A stretch of DNA of 64,000 bases, from positions 112,758 to 176,757 of the forward strand of contig CAVTEP010000004.1 in NCBI GenBank assembly GCA_963733915.1. Reading direction: 5' to 3'. This DNA comes from Candidatus Sulfomarinibacteraceae bacterium (GTDB taxonomy: Bacteria > Acidobacteriota > Thermoanaerobaculia > Thermoanaerobaculales > Sulfomarinibacteraceae). The notes below the pieces were generated by a model, which saw only the letters and a program-made list of their open reading frames with translations, had not been told where the DNA came from and ran no database searches. Positions 36,049-43,865 of this stretch are shown here, piece after piece. Position 1 is the stretch's first letter. Each line of letters begins with the position of its first letter. Position numbers and translations under genes: made by a program.

Positions 36049-37710
36049 ATGGCCAAACCAGTCGTGATGACGATCGATGACGAGCCGCACGTGCTCAACG
36101 CCATCGCGCGCGATCTGCAGGCGCACTATCAGAAGGACTACCGGATCGTCAAAGCGAGCTCGGGCACCGAAGCCCTGGAGACGGTGCAGGAATTCAAGCG
36201 CCGCAACACGCCGCTCGCGCTCTTCCTGGTCGACCAGCGCATGCCGGTCATGAGCGGCGTCGAGTTTCTGGCGGAAGCCATCAAGCTCTATCCGGAATCG
36301 AAAAGGGTCCTGCTGACCGCCTACGCCGATACCGATGCGGCGATCGCGAGCATCAACGCCATCGATCTCGACTATTACCTGATGAAACCCTGGGACCCCC
36401 CCGAGGAGCGCCTCTATCCCGTGCTGGATGACCTGTTGAGCGACTGGCTGGCCAGCGTGCCGGTCCCCTATGACGGCATCCGGGTGGCCGGGACCTTGTG
36501 GTCGGCGGGCTCGCACAACGTCAAGGAGTTTCTCGCCCGCAGCCAGATACCGTACAAGTGGTTGGATATCGAAAAAGACTCAGAGGCGAGGGAGCTGGTC
36601 GAGACGAGCTCCGATGGGCGGCCCCGGCTGCCGACCGTGTTCTTTCCGGATGGCAGCACCCTGGTGGACCCGGACCTCCGCTCGCTGGCGGAGAAGGTGG
36701 GTTTGCAGGCTTCCGCACAACAGCCGTTTTATGATCTGATCATCATCGGCGCCGGTCCGGCAGGCTTGGGTGCCGCCGTCTACGGGGCGTCCGAAGGACT
36801 GCGGACGGTGGTGATCGAGAAGGAAGCGGCCGGAGGGCAGGCCGGGACCAGCGCTCGGATCGAGAACTATCTCGGCTTTCCGAAGGGTATCAGCGGGGCA
36901 GACCTCACGCGACGCGCGACCACCCAGGCCAAACGCCTCGGGTCCGAGATCCTGACCGCCCAGGAGGTCGCCGGGCTGCGGGTCGAAGACCCCTATCGGA
37001 TCGTGACCCTGGACGACGGCAGCGAGCTGAGCTGCCACGCGCTCCTGGTGGCGACCGGCGTCAAAGTCCGCGAGCTCGACGTGCCGGGCATCGAGCCCCT
37101 GGTCGGAGCCTCGGTGTACTACGGAGCCGCGACCTCCGAAGCGGTTCACTATCAGGGCGGAAAGGTCTTTGTGATCGGCGGCGCCAACTCGGCCGGCCAG
37201 GGTGCGATGTTCCTCTCTCGGTTCGCGAGCGAGGTCACCATCCTGATCCGCGGGGACTCGTTGAAGACGAGCATGTCCCGGTATCTGATCGATCAGATCG
37301 AAGGGACGAAAAACATCTCGCTCAGGGTGAACACCGAGGTGACCGCCGTGGCCGGCAGCGACCATCTCGAGACAATAACGGTGAAGAACAACACAACCGG
37401 CGAGACCGAGACCACGCCGGCTGACGCGATCTTCATCTTCATCGGCGCGGTGCCCCACTCCGACATCGTGGCAGGCATCGTCGAGCGATCCGACGCGGGC
37501 TTCATTCTCACCGGACCGGATCTGATGCGCGATGGGCGCCGTCCGAAGAACTGGAAACTGCAGCGCGACCCGTTCCTGATGGAGACCAGCGTGCCCGGCA
37601 TTTTTGCGGCCGGCGACGTGCGCCACGGCGTCATCCGGCGGGTCGCCTCGGCGGTCGGCCAGGGTGCCATCGCGGTCAGCCTCGTGCACAAGTATCTCGA
37701 GACCGTGTGA
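36049..37710 (+). CDS. Fused response regulator / thioredoxin-disulfide-reductase-like FAD oxidoreductase
   Basis: ATG 36049 after AAGGAG (track start 36022 overlaps the HK stop). Receiver domain, then GAGPAGLGAAVYGASEGL and GGANSAGQGA dinucleotide-binding motifs. Confidence 0.85.
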   Translation: MAKPVVMTIDDEPHVLNAIARDLQAHYQKDYRIVKASSGTEALETVQEFKRRNTPLALFLVDQRMPVMSGVEFLAEAIKLYPESKRVLLTAYADTDAAIASINAIDLDYYLMKPWDPPEERLYPVLDDLLSDWLASVPVPYDGIRVAGTLWSAGSHNVKEFLARSQIPYKWLDIEKDSEARELVETSSDGRPRLPTVFFPDGSTLVDPDLRSLAEKVGLQASAQQPFYDLIIIGAGPAGLGAAVYGASEGLRTVVIEKEAAGGQAGTSARIENYLGFPKGISGADLTRRATTQAKRLGSEILTAQEVAGLRVEDPYRIVTLDDGSELSCHALLVATGVKVRELDVPGIEPLVGASVYYGAATSEAVHYQGGKVFVIGGANSAGQGAMFLSRFASEVTILIRGDSLKTSMSRYLIDQIEGTKNISLRVNTEVTAVAGSDHLETITVKNNTTGETETTPADAIFIFIGAVPHSDIVAGIVERSDAGFILTGPDLMRDGRRPKNWKLQRDPFLMETSVPGIFAAGDVRHGVIRRVASAVGQGAIAVSLVHKYLETV

Positions 37711-37772
37711 CAACGAAGCGTGCGCGGGTGGGCGGATTTCCTAAGACCCTTCGCATTTCGGGAGATACCCTC

Positions 37773-38028
37773 GTGCAGAAGAAACTGACCATCACGATTG
37801 ACGAAGAGGTCTACAAGGGATTGCATGCCGTTATCAGTCGAGGGCGATTCAGCCGTTTTCTCGAAAAACCTGGCACGGCCACACGTCGTTTCGCCCGATT
37901 TCGAAGCCGCCTACCATGAGGCGACCGGCGATGAGGTCAGGGAAGCGGAGGCCAGGAGTGGGCCGAGGGCGTAATCGGAGATATCGCCGATAACCCGAGC
38001 TGAGGTGTGGTGGGTGAGTTTTGATCCT
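37773..38028 (+). pseudogene. Decayed copy of the antitoxin/MazF module found intact at 40903-41452
   Basis: Nucleotide-level alignment to 40903-41155: A5 instead of A4 at ~37865 and a 1-nt deletion at ~37952 break the antitoxin frame. The toxin ATG is lost (GATAAC vs GATGAC), and the toxin is truncated after EVWWVSFDP, replaced by a repeat element. Confidence 0.75.
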
Positions 38029-38100
38029 CCTTCTCGCTCGCTCAAGATGACGGTACGGGGAAGCCGCTTCCCCGGTTTGGCAGCCTGGCGGGCACATCAC

Positions 38101-38127
38101 TAAAAAACCCCTCCGCGGGGAGGGGTT
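38101..38127. terminator. Shared hairpin terminator AAAAACCCCTCCGCGGGGAGGGGTT
   Basis: Identical to the other cassette terminators. Confidence 0.8.
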
Positions 38128-38149
38128 CAATTGATGAATGAGTGACGGT

Positions 38150-38443
38150 CTACCAGCGGTCGCTGTAGCCGCCGCGGCCACCGCCATTCGAACGCTGCTT
38201 GGCCTGGGCGACGTCCACCTTGATGGTGCGGCCGTCGGGCTCGGCCCCGTTGAGCGCCGCAACGGCCTTGTCGGCCGCCTCGTCATCCTCAAAGGTGACA
38301 AAGCCGAATCCATGCGAACGACCCGTGTCGCGATCGCTGATCACGATGGCTTCGCTGATCTGGCCATGGGTAGTGAAGACGCTGCGCAGGCCCTCGTCGT
38401 TCGTATCCCAGCTCAAACTTCCAACAAACAATTTCTTCGAAAC
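38150..38443 (-). CDS. RRM RNA-binding protein, copy 4 (canonical start lost; possibly decaying)
   Basis: The homologous ATG position reads GTT (complement of 38441-38443). The only in-frame starts are TTG/GTG at 38521/38518, inside the conserved leader. RNP-1 is altered (RSHGFGFV), and there is an L-to-P change (AEPDG). Confidence 0.6.
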   Translation of the reverse strand, partial: VSKKLFVGSLSWDTNDEGLRSVFTTHGQISEAIVISDRDTGRSHGFGFVTFEDDEAADKAVAALNGAEPDGRTIKVDVAQAKQRSNGGGRGGYSDRW

Positions 38444-38588
38444 GACTCTCTTTTTCTCCCTGAGCGCTACCTTTCTGGGCGCGCCATTTTCGCAAACCGC
38501 GGTGAACCCTGCGTTCACCAAAACAGAAGCCGGCCCCGTTGGCCGGCAACAGACATCGCAACAAAACAGATATGTTCTTCCAATTCAA
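38444..38588 (-). promoter_or_regulatory. Conserved leader + weakened promoter (TTGAAT-17-TTTGTT) of RRM copy 4
   Basis: -10 is the complement of 38560-38565 and carries a T-for-A change at the conserved second position. Confidence 0.5.
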
Positions 38589-38740
38589 TCATTTTCTCTT
38601 GAAGTTTTCGATCGCACGGCAATCCCTCCTTCCGAGCGCGGGTAGAAACGACCCTTCTTCGTCCTCCAAAAGGACTTCGCGCAACGTCCCGCCGTCGCTT
38701 TGGGGAGGCCGCAGAAAGGCGCCAGGGGCTGATGCGGGCG

Positions 38741-38769
38741 TTGAAATCTGGTATAACCGGAGTTATACT
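38741..38769 (+). promoter_or_regulatory. Promoter TTGAAA-17-TATACT ending 6 nt before GTG 38776 (leaderless architecture)
   Basis: Hexamers and spacing read directly; no SD before the start codon. Confidence 0.5.
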
Positions 38770-38775
38770 CCAGTC

Positions 38776-39012
38776 GTGAAAACCGCGATCTCGATTCCGG
38801 ACGAAGTCTTCGATGCGGCCGAGGACATGGCCAGACGCCTCGGTATGAGCCGCAGCCAGTTTTACGCGACCGCGGTCCGCGACTACCTCGAGGCGCATCG
38901 CAGCCGCGGCGTAACGGCTCGCCTCGATCAGATTTACGAGAACGCCGATTCTCGTCTCGACCTCCGCGTTGCCGAGGCGCAGACGGTTTCGCTCGGCGAA
39001 GACGAGTGGTGA
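38776..39012 (+). CDS. Type II antitoxin, ribbon-helix-helix (CopG/MazE-like)
   Basis: VKTAISIPDEVFDAAEDMARRLGMSRSQFYATAVRDYLE is a typical RHH. Its stop overlaps the MazF start. The upstream part of track ORF 38539-39012 is rejected. Confidence 0.7.
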   Translation: MKTAISIPDEVFDAAEDMARRLGMSRSQFYATAVRDYLEAHRSRGVTARLDQIYENADSRLDLRVAEAQTVSLGEDEW

Positions 39013-39350
39013 TGCAGCGCGGTGAGATCTGGTGGGCGACCCTCCCGGGCCCAACAGGCTCGGGGCCGGGGAAACGCCGCCCCGTCCTGATCGTCCAGTC
39101 CGATGCTTTTAACGCCAGCCGGCTGCAGACAGTGATCGCCGTTGTGATCACCTCAAACGTGGAGCTCGCGGCCGCACCCGGCAATATCCTCCTGCGGCGA
39201 CGCGACACCAAGCTGTCAAAAGACTCCGTGGCCAACGTCTCACAGCTGATCACCCTCGACCGGTCCTTCCTCAATGACCGGGTGGGGGAGCTCCCGAAGA
39301 GACTCAGCGGCGTGCTCGACGAAGGGCTCCGCCTGGTTCTCGGTTTGTAA
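39012..39350 (+). CDS. mazF: Type II toxin, MazF/PemK family
   Basis: RGEIWWATL ... RRPVLIVQSDAFN ... VVITSN. ATG 39012 sits in a TGATG overlap (track start is GTG 39006). Confidence 0.8.
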   Translation: MQRGEIWWATLPGPTGSGPGKRRPVLIVQSDAFNASRLQTVIAVVITSNVELAAAPGNILLRRRDTKLSKDSVANVSQLITLDRSFLNDRVGELPKRLSGVLDEGLRLVLGL

Positions 39351-39377
39351 CCACGGATTCCTGCCACCATCCCTCAT

Positions 39378-39625
<248 letters not shown>

Positions 39626-39668
39626 TTTTAGGGAGAAATAGCCAACAACACGAGGAGCGGCCACGACC

Positions 39669-40651
39669 ATGAAAAACTCGGAAACTCGGATCTCGAAATC
39701 TCACCCATCGGTCTCGGCACCTGGGCCATCGGCGGTGACGGCGGCGGTTTCACCTGGGGTCCGCAGGATGATGCCAAGTCGATCGCGGCCATCCGCCGCA
39801 GCGTCGAGCGCGGCATCAACTGGCTCGACACCGCACCGGTCTATGGCCTGGGTCATTCGGAAAAGGTGGTGGCGCGGGCCCTCGCGGAGATCGGCAGCGC
39901 TGGCCGGCCGCTGGTCTTCACCAAGTGCGGGCTGATCTGGGACGACGGCGGCAACATTAGCCACCACATCAAGGCCGACTCGATCCGCTCCGAGGTCGAG
40001 GACAGCCTCGGCCGCCTCGATGTCGACGTCATCGATCTCTACCAGATCCACTGGCCGGCCTTTCCCCCCGGCGGCGACGCCCCCGATATAGAGGAGGCGT
40101 GGGAAGCCCTCGTCGAACTCAAGGAGCAGGGCAAGCTCCGCGCCATCGGCGTCTCCAACTTCGACGCCGGCCAGCTCGAGCGCGCCCAGAAGATCGCCCC
40201 GATCACCTCGCTGCAACCGCCGTACTCCGCCCTCATGCGCCAGATCGAGGACGAGATCCTACCCTACTGCCTCGAGCACGATATCGGCACCGTTGTCTAC
40301 TCACCGATGCACAACGGCATGCTCACCGGCACCATGACCCGCGAGCGCATCGACAACCTCCCCGAGTCCGACTGGCGCAAGCAGCTCAACCCGGCCTTCA
40401 AGGAACCGCTCCTGACCAAATGTCTCGAGTTTGTCGAGGTGCTGCGCGGTATCGCCGATCGTCACGGCCGCTCGGTCGCCGAGGTCGCCCTTGCCTGGAC
40501 GCTTCGCCACCCGGCCGTCACAGGCGCCATCGTTGGCGCCCGCGACGCCGAACAGGTGGACGGCTTCATCGGCGCCATGGACTTCCGGCTCGGCACCGAA
40601 GACCTCGACGAGATCGAGGCGGCGCTGCCCGACTCCTTGACGTTGCTTTAG
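39669..40651 (+). CDS. Aldo/keto reductase; start codon is out of frame with the body (1-nt indel in an A-run)
   Basis: The AKR frame (EKLGNSDLEISPIGLGTWAIGG ... DTAPVYGLGHSEKVV ...) is open from ~39650 but has no start before GTG 39866. ATG 39669 is followed by A5; one extra A would give MKKLGNSDLEIS. Confidence 0.8.
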
Positions 40652-40828
40652 CCCGCTTATCTCACCGGGTTTCGTGACGAGGGCGGCGAAGCGCAAGTAT
40701 CCGGTGGGTTTGGCGTGAATCGGGCGACGCAGTCGTAGTAGCGCTACGTCGAGGAGCACGATTTGCGACAAGCACGGCGGGACGCCGCGATTCGGCGTCC
40801 GTAGTAGACACCCGGTGAGATAAGCGGG
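40652..40828. mobile_element. MITE-like element with perfect 19-bp terminal inverted repeats (CCCGCTTATCTCACCGGGT / ACCCGGTGAGATAAGCGGG)
   Basis: TIRs at 40652-40670 and 40810-40828, non-coding interior. Solo end copies at 48874-48925, 52486-52530 and 56815-56837. Confidence 0.6.
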
Positions 40829-40866
40829 TTAGGAGCAGAATCGTCATTTGCTCGCGGAATCGCCAT

Positions 40867-40887
40867 TATACGTGTATAGTACGTATA
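40867..40887. promoter_or_regulatory. Inverted repeat TATACGT-N7-ACGTATA upstream of the antitoxin gene (candidate TA operator)
   Basis: Perfect 7-bp arms, 16 nt upstream of ATG 40903, in an AT-rich pocket. Confidence 0.45.
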
Positions 40888-40902
40888 GGTGGAGAAACTC
40901 CT

Positions 40903-41133
40903 ATGCAGAAAAAACTTACCATCACGATTGATGAAGAGGTCTACAAGGGATTGCATGCCGTCGTCGGTCGAGGGCGGATCAGCCGCTTTCTCGAAAACCT
41001 GGCGAGGCCACACGTCGTTTCGCCTGATCTCGAAGCCGCGTACCACGAAATGGCCGGTCACGAGGTGCGCGAGGCTGAGGCCGAGGAGTGGGCCGAAGGC
41101 GTGATCGGAGATATCGCTGATGACACGCGGTGA
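40903..41133 (+). CDS. Type II antitoxin (RHH-type; [33 protein letters not shown]...)
   Basis: Small protein with an acidic C-terminus. Overlaps the downstream MazF by 14 nt. Confidence 0.7.
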   Translation: MQKKLTITIDEEVYKGLHAVVGRGRISRFLENLARPHVVSPDLEAAYHEMAGHEVREAEAEEWAEGVIGDIADDTR

Positions 41134-41452
41134 GGTGTGGTGGGTGAGCTTTGATCCTTCGATCGGCGGTGAAATCAAGAAAACCCGACCGGCGGTCATC
41201 GTCAGCAACGACGCCTCGAACCGTCACCTCAACCGGGTACAGGTCGTTCCCCTGACGTCGAATGTGGATCGAGTGTTCCCGAGCGAGGCTCTTGTCCGGC
41301 TGGATGGCGAGACACGAAAAGCCATGGCCGATCAAATCGCCACAGTCAGCAAGCGCCGTTTGGTAAACCTCGCGGGACGTCTCTCGGGAGATGACATGCA
41401 GGCCGTCGAGCACGCGATTGGCATCCAGCTTCAGTTGGTTTCCGTGGCTTGA
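41120..41452 (+). CDS. mazF: Type II toxin, MazF/PemK family
   Basis: [30 protein letters not shown] ... VVPLTSN. Confidence 0.85.
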   Translation: MTRGEVWWVSFDPSIGGEIKKTRPAVIVSNDASNRHLNRVQVVPLTSNVDRVFPSEALVRLDGETRKAMADQIATVSKRRLVNLAGRLSGDDMQAVEHAIGIQLQLVSVA

Positions 41453-41505
41453 CCGAGGCCCTGAGTCAGCCTCCTGCTCAAGGGCAGGCCGAAATCTCGG
41501 GCACC

Positions 41506-41531
41506 AAAAAACCCCTCCGCGGGGAGGGGTT
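41506..41531. terminator. Shared hairpin terminator AAAAACCCCTCCGCGGGGAGGGGTT
   Basis: Identical to the other cassette terminators. Confidence 0.8.
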
Positions 41532-41553
41532 CGGTTGATTGATGAGTTACGGA

Positions 41554-41856
41554 TTACCAGCGGTCGCTGTAGCCGCCGCGGCCACCGCCGCCACCGCCAT
41601 TCGAACGCTGCTTGGCCTGGGCGACGTCCACCTTGATGGTGCGGCCGTCGAGATCGGTCCCGTTGAGCGCCGCAACGGCCTTGTCGGCCGCCTCGTCATC
41701 CTCGAAGGTGACAAAGCCGAATCCGCGCGAACGACCCGTGTCGCGATCGCTGATCACGATGGCTTCGCTGATCTGGCCATGGGTACTGAAGGCGCTGCGC
41801 AGGCCCTCGTCGTTCGTATCCCAGCTCAAACTTCCAACAAACAATTTCTTCGACAT
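41554..41856 (-). CDS. RRM RNA-binding protein, copy 5
   Basis: 100 aa with RNP-2 LFVGSL, RNP-1 RGFGFVTF and a GGGGGGRGG tail. Matches the track ORF exactly. Confidence 0.92.
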   Translation of the reverse strand: MSKKLFVGSLSWDTNDEGLRSAFSTHGQISEAIVISDRDTGRSRGFGFVTFEDDEAADKAVAALNGTDLDGRTIKVDVAQAKQRSNGGGGGGRGGYSDRW

Positions 41857-41999
41857 GACTCTCTTTTTCTCCCTGAGCGCCGCCTTCCGGCGCGCCCGTT
41901 TCGCAAACCGCGGTGAACCCTGCGTTCACCAAAACAGAAGCCGGCCCCGTTGGCCGGCAACAGACAACGTAAGATAGCAGATATCTTCTTTAATATCAA
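41857..41999 (-). promoter_or_regulatory. Conserved leader + promoter (TTGATA-17-TATCTT) of RRM copy 5
   Basis: -10 is the complement of 41971-41976 and -35 the complement of 41994-41999. Hairpins at 41912-41930 and 41940-41958. Confidence 0.6.
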
Positions 42000-42011
42000 A
42001 TATTTTCTTTT

Positions 42012-42107
42012 TCGAGACGTATCAACATCCAGCGCCGGCTGGTGTACCAGGTGCTCAAGGACGAACGCACCGTGAAGGTCCTCCGCATGTGGACCCATTA
42101 CCAGTGA
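42012..42107 (+). pseudogene. 3' remnant of a YoeB/Txe-family toxin gene
   Basis: Encodes SRRINIQRRLVYQVLKDERTVKVLRMWTHYQ*, near-identical to the C-terminus of the intact YoeB at 54714-54980. No N-terminal part and no antitoxin. Confidence 0.7.
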
Positions 42108-42229
42108 GGCTCGGTCGTGTTGTGATGCGGGATTCCCGCCCGCACATCTTTCGTCCGCCCGACGACGAGCCCGGACCGATGGCCGTGTCGCGCAGCTGCC
42201 CGCCATCGCGCCGCACGAAGGCTCCGAGC

Positions 42230-42346
42230 GGAATAAGATGGGTCTCCCGACTGCTATCAAGATCAGAATCCATCGTGACCAGCCGGTTGGAAACTGTCCG
42301 AGGCTTCGGCTACCGCTGGAAAGACGTACAAACTCAACAGAAATAG
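42230..42346 (+). pseudogene. 3' remnant of an OmpR/PhoB-type response regulator (winged-helix C-terminus)
   Basis: ...IVTSRLETVRGFGYRWKD* matches the (I/L)ETVRGxGYR terminal signature. Nothing upstream resembles a receiver domain. Confidence 0.5.
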
Positions 42347-42449
42347 ATATTTACAATTTTTCCTGAAATTTCATCAAAATCTAATGCAACTGGGTCTCAT
42401 TCAATCTATGTTGAAGTCATTACCAATAGCGAGAACGAGAGGGGGAACG

Positions 42450-42977
42450 ATGATGAGTGTAAAGAAAGTAGCGTGGGTAGTTGTAGGACTGATGGTGGCG
42501 GCCCTTCCGGTCGCGGCGACCGACGCCGTCGACACGCCGACCGTCGCCGAGCAGATCGCCGGTCTCCAGCAGATGTGCGCGGATACCGAGCAGGCGCGGG
42601 CGCAACGGCAGGCCGACACCTCGCTGTACGAGCGGCTCGGTGGGTATGACCGCATCCACGAGTTCACCCTCGAGGTGGTTCGCCTCCACAACCAGAACCC
42701 GGCAATCCAGAGCATGTTCGTCGACGTGGATGGGGACCGGTTGGCCAAGGACGTTGCCGATTTCGTGGCCAGCGGCACGGGCGGCCCGGCCACCCACGCC
42801 TACACGGGGCGCGATATGCCGTCCTCCCACCGCGACCTCAACCTCACCGATGCAGACTTCCTGTCGGCGGGCGGCGACATCGTCACCGCCATGAAGACCA
42901 CTGGATATGGCCAGAACGAGATCGACGAGATGCTCTGCATCCTCGTCTCGCTCAAGGACCAGGTCGTCTTCCAGTAA
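42450..42977 (+). CDS. Truncated (2-on-2, group I-like) haemoglobin family protein with N-terminal signal peptide
   Basis: LYERLGGYDRIHEFTLEVV ... FVASGTGGPATHAYTGRDMPSSHRDLNLTDADF. ATG 42450 after GAGGGGG. Confidence 0.7.
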   Translation: MMSVKKVAWVVVGLMVAALPVAATDAVDTPTVAEQIAGLQQMCADTEQARAQRQADTSLYERLGGYDRIHEFTLEVVRLHNQNPAIQSMFVDVDGDRLAKDVADFVASGTGGPATHAYTGRDMPSSHRDLNLTDADFLSAGGDIVTAMKTTGYGQNEIDEMLCILVSLKDQVVFQ

Positions 42978-43149
42978 TCGCTACCGGAGAATGTCAGGCA
43001 CGAATCGCCGCCCAACGGGGCGGCGATTCGTCGCCACTCCTCCGTTGTTCCTCAGGTTGACAACTCACCAGTGCGGCGCGGCGCTCTGGCGCGGTCACTC
43101 GACCGCATTGAACGGATACACATGCTGGGCGTCCCGCAGGGTGAGCTGT

Positions 43150-43238
43150 TTTTTGTGGTGCGGGCGTCTCGCCCGCACAATGCCTCGCAGTAGCGTCGAA
43201 TCCTGAGGTTGTGCGGCCGGGACGGCCGCACCACAACG
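43150..43238. repeat. REP-like hairpin pair (TTGTGGTGCGGGCG-TCT-CGCCCGCAC ... GTGCGGCCG-GGA-CGGCCGCACCACAA)
   Basis: Read directly. Confidence 0.8.
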
Positions 43239-43330
43239 ATCCTTTTCATCTCGAAACACCGCCGCCCTGCAACCATCCTTGGACGACGACGTTAGATACT
43301 GTGAACGCTTCAATGAAAAGGAGCATATCC

Positions 43331-43807
43331 ATGACCTCACGACCCATCGACCGTCGCACCTTCATTTCGACCGGCGCCACCGTGTGCGGGCTCTGCGTGT
43401 GCTCGCAGTTCCCGTTCGCCGCCTACGCCGGGGACGAGCCGATCGACCCCAAGAAGCTCAACTACTGCGGTTACACCTGCCCCAAGGACTGCACCTTCCT
43501 CCGGGCAACGCTCGAGAACGACCTCGAGCTCAGGAAGGAAGCCTGGAAAGAGTGGAAGATCGAGGAGAACTACGGCCTCGAGTTCGACGAAGAGCAGGCC
43601 TTTTGCTACGGCTGCAAGGAGCTCGACAAGCCCGAGGGCGTCGTCCTGGAGCGCTGCACCGTCAGGGCTTGCGCCCGCGAAAAGAAGCTCGATGCCTGCA
43701 TCGAGTGCGACGAGCTCGCGACCTGCGACAAGGACCTCTGGACCCGCTTCCCCACGTTCCACGAGAAGGTCCTCGACATGCAGCAGCGATACCGGCAGCA
43801 GACCTGA
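43331..43807 (+). CDS. Cys-rich DUF3795-like protein with Tat-like signal (RRTFISTGA)
   Basis: ATG 43331 after AAGGAG. Cys pattern C..C....C ... C.GC ... C.VR.CA ... C..C..C fits DUF3795-type proteins. Confidence 0.55.
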   Translation: MTSRPIDRRTFISTGATVCGLCVCSQFPFAAYAGDEPIDPKKLNYCGYTCPKDCTFLRATLENDLELRKEAWKEWKIEENYGLEFDEEQAFCYGCKELDKPEGVVLERCTVRACAREKKLDACIECDELATCDKDLWTRFPTFHEKVLDMQQRYRQQT

Positions 43808-43865
43808 TCCTCAGATCCGTTCTGCCCCCGCCCAGAGTCCTCGTCGCTACCGGCTCCGCTCTCGG

